Source: Leptospirales bacterium
GTDB taxonomy: Bacteria; Spirochaetota; Leptospiria; Turneriellales; JAOUFE01
NCBI GenBank assembly: GCA_040326155.1
Contig: JBEQLE010000004.1
Coordinates: 27,829-91,828 of the forward strand
Length of the DNA stretch: 64,000 nucleotides
Reading direction: 5' to 3'
Shown here: one piece after another, positions 20,310 to 30,161 of the stretch
Layout: every line of letters starts with the position of its first letter
How positions within the stretch are numbered: position 1 is the stretch's first letter
Made by a program: the position numbers and the translations under genes
Notes under the pieces: generated by a model
What the model was told of the DNA's origin: nothing
The model's input: the letters and a program-made list of their open reading frames with translations, nothing else
Database searches by the model: none

Positions 20310-23168
20310 ATGAGCAATAATAAAATAAAACTGGGTTTAATGCCGCCACTAACGGGACTCGTAGCTCTATACGGTGAAGAAATTGTCCGAGCGGCAAAGA
20401 TAGCAGTAGACGAAATCAATGAAAGTGGAGGCCTGTTAGGCAATGAGCTAGAGCTGATTATTGAAGATGATGGCAGTTTACCGGACACGGCAGTTCCGGC
20501 AGCTCATAAACTTGTCGATTTGGGCTGCACTGCTATTATTGGTAATCTTTTATCTAATTCCCGAATATCGGTGGCAAATCAGGTTGCAGATAAAAGGAAA
20601 ATACCATATTTAAATTTTTCTTTTTATGAAGGTAGTATATATTCACCTTATTTTTTTCATTTTGCCGCATTGCCAAACCAGCAAATAGATAAGATGATAC
20701 CATATATGGCTAATAAATATGGATCGAAGTTTTTCTTTGCCGGAAGCAACTATGAATGGCCACGAGGCTCCATTGACGCCGCTAAAATGGCTCTTTCTTC
20801 TGTTGATGGTGAAGTAGTTGGCGAAGAATATTTACCAATCGGGAGCGAAAAAATGGATTCACTGCTGGATAAAGTGAAAAAATCAGGCGCCGATGTTTTT
20901 GTTCCGTATTTTGCCGGCCAAGACCAAGTCAACCTGCTAACCGGTTTCACGGAATTAGGTCTAAAAAATAGAATGGCAGTTGTTATGGGACATTATGATG
21001 AGACCATGGTCAGCAATCTTTCCGCTGAGGTCAGAGAAGGGTTTTATTCATCTAATACCTATTTCATGGATGTTGAAACGCCTGAAAACAAAGATCTGTT
21101 ATCTCGTCTCAAAAATTGTCTGGGAGTAAATGAGTTATGGCCCAAAGGTAACGGAATTATTACAAATTTTGGAGAAGGTACATATATTTGTGTTAAAGCT
21201 TTTGGCGAAGCCGTTAAACTTGCTGGAAGCCTGGATGTTGATATAATTCTAAAGTCTCTGGAGAATATTCAAATTGCAGGACCCCAGGGAAAAGTTACGA
21301 TGGACCCTGAAACACATCACGCAACTGTAAATTCCTATTTGTCCAAATGCAATAAAGACGGCTCTTTCAGAATTATAGAAAAATTTGGAGAGATTAAACC
21401 GATTATTCCGAAGCGCTATCATACAGAAATGATGTCCAGAAAATTACGCCATAAAGACAAAAAAAGTACGGAAGCACTTACCAGTTTAGATGAAAATAAT
21501 AATAAATCCTCCATGGGTCAAATATTGGCCATTACCGATGTTTCCGTTATTGCAATTGGCAGTGATGGCAACATCATGTATGTAAACCGAAATACCTGTG
21601 AACTGTTTAAATATAAGGCAGATGAGCTTATAGGAAAATCTGTAAATATTCTTCTACCGCCTCGCTATCGTAATTCTCACGGAAAAAGTATTATGGATTT
21701 TTTACATTCTGATGAAACCGATCAGCGCATGAGCCACAGAGGAGAGATTTCTGGTTATACTAAAAATGGCGAAGAATTTCCGGCGCAGGCCAGTCTTTCT
21801 AAAATTATTACTAAAGAGGGAACTTTAATGGTGGCCTCTTTAAAAGATGTCAGTGAAAGAAAAAAAATGGAGGAAGAACTTACCTGGAAGGCAACGCATG
21901 ATCCACTGACGAAGCTGGCGAACCGCAATTTAATGAAAGAGCGTATAAAAAATGCGTTGGCCAGAACATTACGTTCAAATACGGAAATTGCACTTCTATT
22001 CTTAGACCTGGACAACTTTAAAAGAATCAATGATACACATGGCCAAGAAGAAGGTGACAATCTTCTTCTTGGAGTAACTGATCGACTTGTAAATGCAGTG
22101 CGACCCGGTGATACGATTGCTCGTGTTGGAGGCGATGAGTTTGTTCTCTTATGTGAACAGATTGAACATGAAAATGAAGCTGTCGTTATAGCAAATCGCT
22201 TGGTTATAGCGCTTCGTGATAAAGTCGAAATTGCGAACACGAGTCACTACATCAGTGGCAGTATCGGATTGGCTTTTGGCAACGGTTATACTCATAGCGC
22301 AGAGGAGCTTTTGAAAAATGCGGACATTGCCATGTATGAAGCTAAAAATAAAGGGCGAGATAGTTGGAGAATATTCAGCGCCGATCTGGAAGAATCGGTG
22401 AAAATGGAGTTGGAAATAGCGAACGGACTTCACACTGCATTAGAGAATCATGAAATTAAAGCTTTTTTTCAGCCAATTTATGATATTACCGGAAATGAAA
22501 TGATCGGCGCAGAACTGTTGGCGCGTTGGATAAAACAGGACAAAATGATTCCTCCGGATCTGTTTATTCCGATTGCAGAAAAAAGTGGAGTAATTAATGA
22601 ATTGGGATATTTTGTTTTTCGTGAGGGCTGTTTTGCTCAGGTCAAAACATCAAAAATGTCACCGCCTGGCAAAGAACCGTTTATTTCAATCAATGTCTCT
22701 ACAAAACAATTGGACGATCCTCATTTTATAAATAAAATCAATGGAATATTGTCTGAAACAGGCGCAAAACCTGAGCTGCTGATACTGGAAATTACGGAGT
22801 CCAGTCTAATGTCAAATGCAGATAAAAACATACAAACTTTAGCCTGTTTAAAAGAGATTGGTCTGAGTACCGCGGTGGATGATTTTGGTACAGGTTATTC
22901 TTCTCTCAGTTATCTAAGTAAAATGCCCGTAAAAAAAATAAAAATCGATAAATCTTTTATTGATTATATCGACACGCAAAAAGATCAAAAAACAATCGTA
23001 AATGCAGTTATAATGATGGCAAAAACAATGAATATTGAAATTGTTGCAGAAGGGGTCGAGACAAAAGAGCAATTGAATATTCTAAATGAACTTGGCTGCG
23101 ATAATATACAAGGCTACCTGTTTTCAAAACCACTGCCTTCAAAAGATTTTTTCAACATGTTCAGTTAA
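20310..23168 (+). CDS. AmiC/UrtA-like ligand-binding domain + PAS + GGDEF + EAL c-di-GMP enzyme
   Basis: Type-I binding fold (LGLMPPLTG, IIEDDGS, GSNYEWPR), PAS, RPGD I-site, GGDEF, ELL and DDFGTGYSSL. Confidence 0.92.
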   Translation: MSNNKIKLGLMPPLTGLVALYGEEIVRAAKIAVDEINESGGLLGNELELIIEDDGSLPDTAVPAAHKLVDLGCTAIIGNLLSNSRISVANQVADKRKIPYLNFSFYEGSIYSPYFFHFAALPNQQIDKMIPYMANKYGSKFFFAGSNYEWPRGSIDAAKMALSSVDGEVVGEEYLPIGSEKMDSLLDKVKKSGADVFVPYFAGQDQVNLLTGFTELGLKNRMAVVMGHYDETMVSNLSAEVREGFYSSNTYFMDVETPENKDLLSRLKNCLGVNELWPKGNGIITNFGEGTYICVKAFGEAVKLAGSLDVDIILKSLENIQIAGPQGKVTMDPETHHATVNSYLSKCNKDGSFRIIEKFGEIKPIIPKRYHTEMMSRKLRHKDKKSTEALTSLDENNNKSSMGQILAITDVSVIAIGSDGNIMYVNRNTCELFKYKADELIGKSVNILLPPRYRNSHGKSIMDFLHSDETDQRMSHRGEISGYTKNGEEFPAQASLSKIITKEGTLMVASLKDVSERKKMEEELTWKATHDPLTKLANRNLMKERIKNALARTLRSNTEIALLFLDLDNFKRINDTHGQEEGDNLLLGVTDRLVNAVRPGDTIARVGGDEFVLLCEQIEHENEAVVIANRLVIALRDKVEIANTSHYISGSIGLAFGNGYTHSAEELLKNADIAMYEAKNKGRDSWRIFSADLEESVKMELEIANGLHTALENHEIKAFFQPIYDITGNEMIGAELLARWIKQDKMIPPDLFIPIAEKSGVINELGYFVFREGCFAQVKTSKMSPPGKEPFISINVSTKQLDDPHFINKINGILSETGAKPELLILEITESSLMSNADKNIQTLACLKEIGLSTAVDDFGTGYSSLSYLSKMPVKKIKIDKSFIDYIDTQKDQKTIVNAVIMMAKTMNIEIVAEGVETKEQLNILNELGCDNIQGYLFSKPLPSKDFFNMFS

Positions 23169-23456
23169 ATCAAACCAGATTTTAATAACAGTTATTTAAA
23201 ATCACCAGTGGCAACACCTCTACGACTTCCGTCGAAAAGTAAATATTAATATTGTATATATAAAAACTTCAAACAAATTCTACAATTTCAGTTATCAACG
23301 TTGGGGGTAGCAAAAACCTGGGCGGGGCTTGCCCCGCTTTGGTTGGTGCGAGGGGGAAGACTTTTCCCCTTTAAACCTTCCTTTAGTCGCAACAACTCAT
23401 GCGTTTTTATAGTTTTGCACTTTTTTTCACTTTTTTGTAATATCGTAAAAAAATGC

Positions 23457-23483
23457 TAAAAGATTTCCAGGAACATACGAGAA
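23457..23483 (+). promoter_or_regulatory. Possible sigma28 promoter of flaB
   Basis: TAAA-N15-TACGAGAA about 140 nt upstream of the flagellin ATG. Confidence 0.45.
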
Positions 23484-23623
23484 TCTACCATGCAATTGGA
23501 CTTAAATAAAACATTCGCGGCGCAACTAACGCTGTTTGGATGAAAAGCTATTATGTATAAAAAAAGGCAGGGAAGCCAAAATATGTTAAAAACAAATAAA
23601 GCGATGTTTCAAGGAGGAGACAT

Positions 23624-24472
23624 ATGATTATCAACCACAACCTCAGCGCGGTTTTCGCACACAGAACCCTTAAATTTAAAAATTGGGATATGCAAAAAAA
23701 TATAGAGAAATTGTCCAGCGGTGAAAGAATTAACCGCGGTGGCGATGACGCTTCGGGACTAGCAGTCTCAGAAAAAATGAGGACCCAGATTCGCGGTCTT
23801 CGCAGGGCAGAGCAAAATACCGAAGACGGTATGAGTTTTATCCAGACTACGGAAGGATATCTCTCACAAACATCGAATATTATCCAGAGAGTCCGTGAGC
23901 TTGCCATTCAAGCGGCCAACGGCATTTACTCTGAGGGAGACAGGCAACTTATTCAGGTAGAGGTTTCGGAACTGATCGATGAGATCGACCGAATTGCCTC
24001 GCAAGCAGAGTTCAATAAAATGACACTGATGACCGGATCGTTTGGCCGATTAAACCCGACCGCAAGTATGTGGTTCCACATGGGAGCCAACATGCACCAA
24101 CGCGAGAGAGTTTATGTAGAGACAATGACAACGGCAGCGTTGAAATTGAGAAACCCGACCACAATGACTTTTATCTCTATCTCGACACCTGGCAAAGCCA
24201 ATGGTGTTATCGGTCTTGCCGATGAAGCCTTGCACATTATCGGCAAACAACGCGCCGACCTTGGGGCTTACTACAATCGCCTCGAATATGCAGCTAAAGG
24301 TTTAATGAACGCCTATGAAAATATAACGGCGGCAGAATCTAGAATTCGCGATACAGACATGGCGGAGGAAATGGTGGATTTCACCAAGAACCAGATTCTA
24401 ACCCAGGCCGGAACGGCAATGCTGGCACAGGCAAACCAGGTTCCTCAGAACATACTTCAACTATTGAGGTAA
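23624..24472 (+). CDS. flaB: Periplasmic flagellar filament core protein FlaB
   Basis: [33 protein letters not shown], spirochaete-type [29 protein letters not shown]. Confidence 0.98.
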   Translation: MIINHNLSAVFAHRTLKFKNWDMQKNIEKLSSGERINRGGDDASGLAVSEKMRTQIRGLRRAEQNTEDGMSFIQTTEGYLSQTSNIIQRVRELAIQAANGIYSEGDRQLIQVEVSELIDEIDRIASQAEFNKMTLMTGSFGRLNPTASMWFHMGANMHQRERVYVETMTTAALKLRNPTTMTFISISTPGKANGVIGLADEALHIIGKQRADLGAYYNRLEYAAKGLMNAYENITAAESRIRDTDMAEEMVDFTKNQILTQAGTAMLAQANQVPQNILQLLR

Positions 24473-24510
24473 GCAGGAAAAGAACACATATATATCGCCG
24501 TACAACTCTG

Positions 24511-24554
24511 AGCCTCCAGCGGTTGCCAATAACCGCTGGAGGCTTTTCTTTTTT
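24511..24554 (+). terminator. Rho-independent terminator of flaB
   Basis: agcctccagcggtt-gccaat-aaccgctggaggct followed by a T tract. Confidence 0.9.
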
Positions 24555-24564
24555 AGGCCCTTTG

Positions 24565-24767
24565 TTTATCCACAAAAAAATCCTGCGGTTTTTTTGTGCT
24601 CCTTCGTTCGATTTTATTTTAAAGTTTATTTCGAAAAAAAAGCGTGGTTTTTTTTCGACCGCTTCGGGGTATTCTTTTACAAATCCTTCCTTTATCCACA
24701 AAAAAAAATTCGCTTTTCGTCTTTAGGTCACAAAAAAATCCTCCGGTTGTTTTATATTCCTTCGCTC
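24565..24767 (-). repeat. Repeat family B, copy B2 (24565-24670) plus fragments
   Basis: cacaaaaaaatcctgcggtttttttgtg and tcgaaaaaaaagcgtggttttttttcga hairpins; partial copy cacaaaaaaatcctccgg at 24729. Confidence 0.85.
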
Positions 24768-24841
24768 TGAGCGAGAGGTGCATATTACCAGGAGCAAAGT
24801 AAATATACTTGCTTAGTCAACTGGTCGTTTCACTCTACCAT

Positions 24842-25735
24842 ATGCAAAAATTTATATTTCACCCGGGCTTGGTGATTATCAGCACTCTATTATTCTTTTC
24901 ACAGTCCTGCACAGGCTCAATCAAATCGCATAACGCCTCTTGCCTTTCAAAAAACAATGCAGGCGTTGTTCCATGTGGTACGAGTTTTGTACGCCTGGCT
25001 TCCTCGTCGAATTCAAGCTCCCTTGAAAATCTGGAAGCGGAAGATTCCTTCGCTTTGCTACCACCCGATTTCGATATAAAACGAGCAGAAAAATACCCGG
25101 TACTGATTACTCTGCCCTATACCGGTGGAGGTGGCGCAGATTTCATTCGTTCTTATCTATATAATGCCTGGCCCTATGCTGATAAAGGAAAATTCGAATG
25201 GAGTAAGGCCCATAGGTATTTTACCAAAACCCATTTCGAAAAAAACAATACCCGCTTTATTATATTAATTCCGCCGGGTTCCGGCGCCAAAAGAGATCAT
25301 GACTGGACTGGTTTTATGGCTTCCATCGATCGTTACGAAAGAAGAATTGCAGAAAATCTGGCTTTACTGAAACAAAACTATAATGCGGATACGAGCCGTG
25401 TTGTTCTTTCGGGTTACTCTCTGGGCGGTGATATTTCGTGGGCTTTAGCGTTGAAGTATCCCGGGCGATATTTCGGCGCGATTATAATGGGAACTCGAAT
25501 CGGCTACCGCAATAGAAAAGCCTACAATATATTGAAAAAAACAGGGTTCCGTTTTTACATTGGCATGGGCGAGTTCGAACTGGAACATCGGAAAAAAGGA
25601 AATTCCGAAGGAAGGAAAATTCTGGACCAGCATAAAATATCGTATATTTATAAAACAATACCGGCGGGCGGCCATACCACATTGAAACATTCAGAATTTA
25701 TAGACGCTCTTTATTACACGTTCCGGTTTCAATAA
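24842..25735 (+). CDS. Alpha/beta hydrolase (esterase), probable lipoprotein
   Basis: GYSLGG nucleophile elbow, KYPVLITL, GGH; signal peptide ending SQSC. Confidence 0.85.
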   Translation: MQKFIFHPGLVIISTLLFFSQSCTGSIKSHNASCLSKNNAGVVPCGTSFVRLASSSNSSSLENLEAEDSFALLPPDFDIKRAEKYPVLITLPYTGGGGADFIRSYLYNAWPYADKGKFEWSKAHRYFTKTHFEKNNTRFIILIPPGSGAKRDHDWTGFMASIDRYERRIAENLALLKQNYNADTSRVVLSGYSLGGDISWALALKYPGRYFGAIIMGTRIGYRNRKAYNILKKTGFRFYIGMGEFELEHRKKGNSEGRKILDQHKISYIYKTIPAGGHTTLKHSEFIDALYYTFRFQ

Positions 25736-25754
25736 ATTTCTGGATACGCGAGAA

Positions 25755-26080
25755 ACAACCGTTTCGTGGTCTGTTTTTCAAATAATGATTGTCAATGCAG
25801 TTAAGGCAAAGCAAATTGCTTCATTAAATTCTATTCGGAAGGTTCTATATGAAAAAATTCGTTTTTGGTTCACAAATAAATCCTGCGGTTTATTTGTGCT
25901 GCTTCGTTCGATTTACGTTTAAAGTTTTCTTTGTAAAAAAACGTGGTTTTTTTACAACCGCTTCGTGGTATAATCTGGTTTCTCTTCCAAATAATGATTG
26001 TCAAAATACTCTAAACAATACTCATTGCTTCATTAAATTCTATCCAGAAGGTCATATATGAAAAAATTCGTTTTTAGTTC
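25755..26080 (+). repeat. Imperfect direct duplication (period about 209 bp) of the upstream region and first codons of the 26058 gene
   Basis: acaaccg(t/c)ttcgtggt, caaataatgattgtcaa, attgcttcattaaattctat and tatatgaaaaaattcgttttt each occur twice (ATGs at 25849 and 26058). Confidence 0.9.
25866..25970 (-). repeat. Repeat family B, copy B3
   Basis: cacaaataaatcctgcggtttatttgtg and ttgtaaaaaaacgtggtttttttacaa hairpins with the conserved linker cttcgttcgattt. Confidence 0.85.
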
Positions 26081-27287
26081 GTCTTTGGTTCTATTTTTAT
26101 TAACCGCTGCCGCTATTGATTCTATTACTCTGCAATTAAACGGTAATTTTGCAATTTCTATAGATAGGAATGTCTGGGAAGCGGAAAAATATCATGAATG
26201 GGTGGAACAAGACGGGGGATACGAGAGTGAAATGCAGCTTATTGAAGATCCTGCCTATATAGTCTCGATATTCATGGCCGACATACATGAGTATAATAAA
26301 AGAATGGAAACTGTAGAGGAAGAATCCCATAAACCGCCACCAAGGCCGGACGCTTTTATTTCATGGATCGAAAGAACTGCGAAAAAAAAAGGTAAAAAGT
26401 TTGTTTTCTCAGATCCTATTGAAAAATACGGATTTATCTATATCCGTGGAACAGAAGAAAGCGAAGATGGTAGCGTCAAGTTTGCCATCCATCTTGGAAT
26501 GCAGGCTACCGAACACGGTGTTATATTTATTTTTCACATGTTCGATAAATCTCGATCGAATGACAACGTACCCTATTCCGATGAATTGTTTAATACCCAA
26601 TACGAAGAAATCCTGGAGACATTTGAAATCAGGCACGAAACTCCAGAAGAAACGGAAAATACCTCCGGGCAGGATGATGAAATCGACTTACCCAAAGACG
26701 GCGCAAAAACCGATGATAATAAATTATACGTATTCGATTTTCCTGACTCTTTTATTCTAACCATTAATAAAGAGAAATGGGAATTGATTGCGAACAATAT
26801 AAAAAAAGAGAGTCTAAAGGTAAAAAGACGGTATAATTTAAAACAAGACACTGGTTATAAATTAGAGATGATGGTATCTGCAACCACCGAAAGGGACAGA
26901 CAAGAGCTAAGCGACCCTGAAATTTTTTTCAACGCTCTTACCGACGGTCTTGAAGAACATGGAATACCCCCTGTTTTTTCCAAAATAAAACATAAAAATG
27001 GGATGTATTATATCCAGGGAATTGTCCGCGATGAAAGCGAGGTCTTACTTGCTTTTCACATGGCCTATTATTTAAATGACAAACACTTTGTTTTTTTAAG
27101 TCACAGTTACGAAATAGAGCATTCCACCGGAGACGTGGCTTTTAACCCGGAAATTTTCACCGCTCAATTCGAAGAAATTGTTGACAGTTTTCATCCCTAC
27201 CCTGCTGTTGAGTCGAATAATGAAAACGGTCCTGAGATTGAAGAAGAAAACACAACCGAAACCGACTTGCAAAACGAACAGGAATAA
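26058..27287 (+). CDS. Exported hypothetical protein with two homologous domains
   Basis: Signal peptide; both halves start F.I.I....W and end F..Q(Y/F)EEI..(T/S)F. Confidence 0.8.
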   Translation: MKKFVFSSSLVLFLLTAAAIDSITLQLNGNFAISIDRNVWEAEKYHEWVEQDGGYESEMQLIEDPAYIVSIFMADIHEYNKRMETVEEESHKPPPRPDAFISWIERTAKKKGKKFVFSDPIEKYGFIYIRGTEESEDGSVKFAIHLGMQATEHGVIFIFHMFDKSRSNDNVPYSDELFNTQYEEILETFEIRHETPEETENTSGQDDEIDLPKDGAKTDDNKLYVFDFPDSFILTINKEKWELIANNIKKESLKVKRRYNLKQDTGYKLEMMVSATTERDRQELSDPEIFFNALTDGLEEHGIPPVFSKIKHKNGMYYIQGIVRDESEVLLAFHMAYYLNDKHFVFLSHSYEIEHSTGDVAFNPEIFTAQFEEIVDSFHPYPAVESNNENGPEIEEENTTETDLQNEQE

Positions 27288-27295
27288 ACGAACAA

Positions 27296-27856
27296 ATGAG
27301 ACTTACATTTTTAGTAAAATTATTTTATATAGCAAACATACTATTCTTGATTACAGCCTGTAATAAAAAAACAGAACCCCCTTTTGGCGGATATTTCACA
27401 GTTCAAGTCGATACAAACGAATGGAAAATTATTCAACAATCGGAGAACAAACTGGATGAAGGACCGGTTAAATACTTATACCAGATGAAAGCAGATTCGG
27501 GGTATTTTCTCGATATCACTGTTTATAACGTGCAAGAGGAATATACCATGTCCTCCGATTCGATTGAGTTTTTTGAGCAAACTCGACACTCTAAATCAGG
27601 TGAAGGACAAAAATTTATTCTCGGCGAAATAAAAGTTATAAACAATATTCATTACCGAAGTTCATTGTTCTACCAAAAAGAGAATCTGGAACGAGCCACT
27701 TTTACAGGTCATTTGGGAAAAAAAACTTATGTAACTTTGTTCAACTTATTTTATAACCACGGGGCCTCAGACGGAGCAGTTAGATACAACCACGATTCCA
27801 TGACTTCTCAGTTTGTAAAAATTCTGAAGTCATTTAAAGATCTCTCAAACGAATAG
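27296..27856 (+). CDS. Lipoprotein paralogous to the repeated domain of the upstream gene
   Basis: ITAC lipobox; FTVQVDTNEW ... MTSQFVKILKSF. Confidence 0.75.
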   Translation: MRLTFLVKLFYIANILFLITACNKKTEPPFGGYFTVQVDTNEWKIIQQSENKLDEGPVKYLYQMKADSGYFLDITVYNVQEEYTMSSDSIEFFEQTRHSKSGEGQKFILGEIKVINNIHYRSSLFYQKENLERATFTGHLGKKTYVTLFNLFYNHGASDGAVRYNHDSMTSQFVKILKSFKDLSNE

Positions 27857-27857
27857 A

Positions 27858-28421
27858 ATGATTATAAAATTAAAAACCCCTCAATACATTTTCATGTTGC
27901 TCACTCTTTTTATTCTGCTCAGTACTGCAAGATGCGCTGGAAAAAACGCACTGGTCACCAATACTGGTACTCCGGGAATTTACAACAAAGCCGGAGTCTA
28001 CTTTGAATACCCTGCGACATGGAATGTTACAGAAGACTATATGGCATCGGATGCCAGGGTTATATATATAGAAACTCCGGGCAGCGCTATTTTATTTATC
28101 TATATTTTATCCGAAAAAAACTCAAGTAGGCTAACTCAATTTGCCCGAAAATTCGCCATATCAATCCGCTCGTCAGATTCAGACAGTTTAATAGGCGAAT
28201 CGACATTCGGCTCGCCTGAAAAACAAGATCCATATGAAGTTTTAACGGAGCGTTTTCTGGTGACGTTTTTAAAAAAGAGAATCGCTTACCAAAGGGTTTA
28301 CCGCAGAAGAGTTTTTCACGAATATGCCTGCACTTTAATTGCCCAATATGCGCTTGAAAATCGATACAATTTAGAAAAAAAGTTTAATGTAATCTCCTCG
28401 ACTTTTCGCTATTCTGAATAG
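27858..28421 (+). CDS. PsbP/DcrB-like exported protein
   Basis: GVYFEYPATWNV start and FNVISSTFRY end typical of this fold; signal peptide. Confidence 0.65.
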   Translation: MIIKLKTPQYIFMLLTLFILLSTARCAGKNALVTNTGTPGIYNKAGVYFEYPATWNVTEDYMASDARVIYIETPGSAILFIYILSEKNSSRLTQFARKFAISIRSSDSDSLIGESTFGSPEKQDPYEVLTERFLVTFLKKRIAYQRVYRRRVFHEYACTLIAQYALENRYNLEKKFNVISSTFRYSE

Positions 28422-28486
28422 CAATGGATTGTAACATGTATTGTTAAAATCCGATGCATTACAACATGTATTGATTAAATCTAAAA

Positions 28487-29179
28487 TTATGGTCTACCTA
28501 CGACATCAACATATGCAAAAAACATATTGTCTGACAGGTACTTGGTGCGGTCATTATCCGAAGATGGACGGCGCCGAAGAAAATCGTTAAACAAAACTCC
28601 GCCTTCCATATAAATCCCTTTTTTATTCAGGTTCATACGATACCTTTGAATTCCCTTACTCACATGATGAATATAAACAATGCTCCCGTTTTCTTCCACA
28701 CCCGTTACCACCGAAACATGGGTATACTTATCATCCCACCTTCCATTGTCGTTTTTGTCGTAAGTATTATTGAAAATAATCAGATCGCCCGTTTTGGGAG
28801 TTCGGCTCGAATTTTGCCACGATTGTCTTCGGTACGTTTTGTAAATAATTTCTACGCCATTCGTCCCGGAAGGAAACTGAGATGCCTCTGAAAAAACATC
28901 AATACCGATGTTGTCAAAAACTGCGCGAACCATTCCCGAACAATCATTAATGTATTTTTTACCATTCAAATATAGGTATGGACCGCTTTTACCCAAAAGA
29001 GATTGCGACACCTCACGAATTTTCAACCGAATATCGCTTTGCTCCGTCTGTATTTCAGTACCCGGAAGGCGAGAGGTCGTTTCGGAGGAACCAGATGAAC
29101 CACTCGCCCCAGCATGCAGGTACGTCAAAGAAAAAACTAATGAGAATAGAAATATGAATACATAAATTAGTTTACGCAA
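28487..29179 (-). CDS. NlpC/P60 (CHAP-like) cell-wall peptidase
   Basis: NDCSGMV, GDLIIF, THVSVV motifs; signal peptide; AGGAG SD before TTG. Confidence 0.88.
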   Translation of the reverse strand: MRKLIYVFIFLFSLVFSLTYLHAGASGSSGSSETTSRLPGTEIQTEQSDIRLKIREVSQSLLGKSGPYLYLNGKKYINDCSGMVRAVFDNIGIDVFSEASQFPSGTNGVEIIYKTYRRQSWQNSSRTPKTGDLIIFNNTYDKNDNGRWDDKYTHVSVVTGVEENGSIVYIHHVSKGIQRYRMNLNKKGIYMEGGVLFNDFLRRRPSSDNDRTKYLSDNMFFAYVDVVGRP

Positions 29180-29305
29180 AATTTAGCTCCTCTGAATCCC
29201 TAGTCCTATAACAATATAAAGAAGTTAATTGATCGGCAAATAATTTTGCAACCATATACCCGATAGTGTGACTGCAATTGAATTCCGTTGAAATTTCGGC
29301 TTATT

Positions 29306-29995
29306 TTAGATATATTTTATGACCATAATCACCAGGCCAGAGCTAGACATCATCGCGGCGAAAGACCAACGCATAAAACGCTCGATACGATTACTTTGCT
29401 CATCGAATCTTCGGTTCATCTCCGTCCTCAGGCTGTCAAATTTTAGTTCCTGACTTTCAAAACGAAAATTTATATTTTCAAACCGCTTATCGAAGTGATT
29501 GAATTGATAATCTACCTGTTCAAACCGTGCGACTACCTGATCGAATCGTTTGTCTACTTGAGCAAGCTGTGTGTCCATCTGATCGAGTCGTTTATCTACC
29601 TGATCTAGTCGTGTGTCTACCTGATCTAGTCGTGTGTCCATCTGCTCAAGTCGTTTATCTACCTGTTCAAGCCGTGTGTCTATCTGCTCAAGTCGTTTAT
29701 CTACATGTTCGAGCCGTGTGTCCATCTGCTCAAGTCGTTTATCTACATATTCAAGCCGTGTGTCTATCTGCTCAAGTCGTTTATCTACCTGAGCAAACCG
29801 TGTGTCCATCTGCTCAAAACCGTTAATCATTAATTCCCGCTGGTTTTTTAGTTCGTTTTCAAACCGGGCCAATCGTTCCAATTCAATATTATTGTGTAGT
29901 TGAACACTCTCGGATTCATTTATCCATTCGTTCAAGTGAGATTTAACATAATCTCCGATAACGATTAATTCACTCTTTGAAATTGGCACTGGCAT
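29306..29995 (-). CDS. Coiled-coil heptad-repeat protein with C-terminal TM helix (Bdr/DUF1640-like)
   Basis: (Q/H/Y)(V/M/I)D(K/T)RL(E/D) heptads; C-terminal hydrophobic anchor; AGGAG SD. Confidence 0.8.
   Translation of the reverse strand: MPVPISKSELIVIGDYVKSHLNEWINESESVQLHNNIELERLARFENELKNQRELMINGFEQMDTRFAQVDKRLEQIDTRLEYVDKRLEQMDTRLEHVDKRLEQIDTRLEQVDKRLEQMDTRLDQVDTRLDQVDKRLDQMDTQLAQVDKRFDQVVARFEQVDYQFNHFDKRFENINFRFESQELKFDSLRTEMNRRFDEQSNRIERFMRWSFAAMMSSSGLVIMVIKYI
29505..29817 (-). repeat. Coding 21-bp tandem repeat array with partial 42-bp higher-order period
   Basis: Alternating tctgctcaagtcgtttatcta / ...ccgtgtgtc(c/t)a units. Confidence 0.9.
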
Positions 29996-30161
29996 AAAAA
30001 GCTCCTTCTACTTTGTTTGTCAAGAAATTATTTCCGTATTCGTTTCTTATTAGTGTAATAGGCAAAAATCTGTTTTTTTTTCAATATCTGCGTTTTTTTT
30101 TCAATAAAAAGATTGACTGAGAAATAAATTGTCCATACATTCTATTTGTACAATAACCAAT

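Noticed and set aside
24566..24700. Two perfect DnaA boxes (24566-24574, 24692-24700)
   Set aside because: They overlap the CACA end of family B units, whose other copies lack the box, so they are probably coincidental
25849..26061. 70-aa ORF as an independent gene
   Set aside because: It is a duplicated start region reading through repeat B3
29505..29817. Possible CRISPR array
   Set aside because: The 21-bp units are contiguous, have no unique spacers, and encode in-frame heptads; no cas genes
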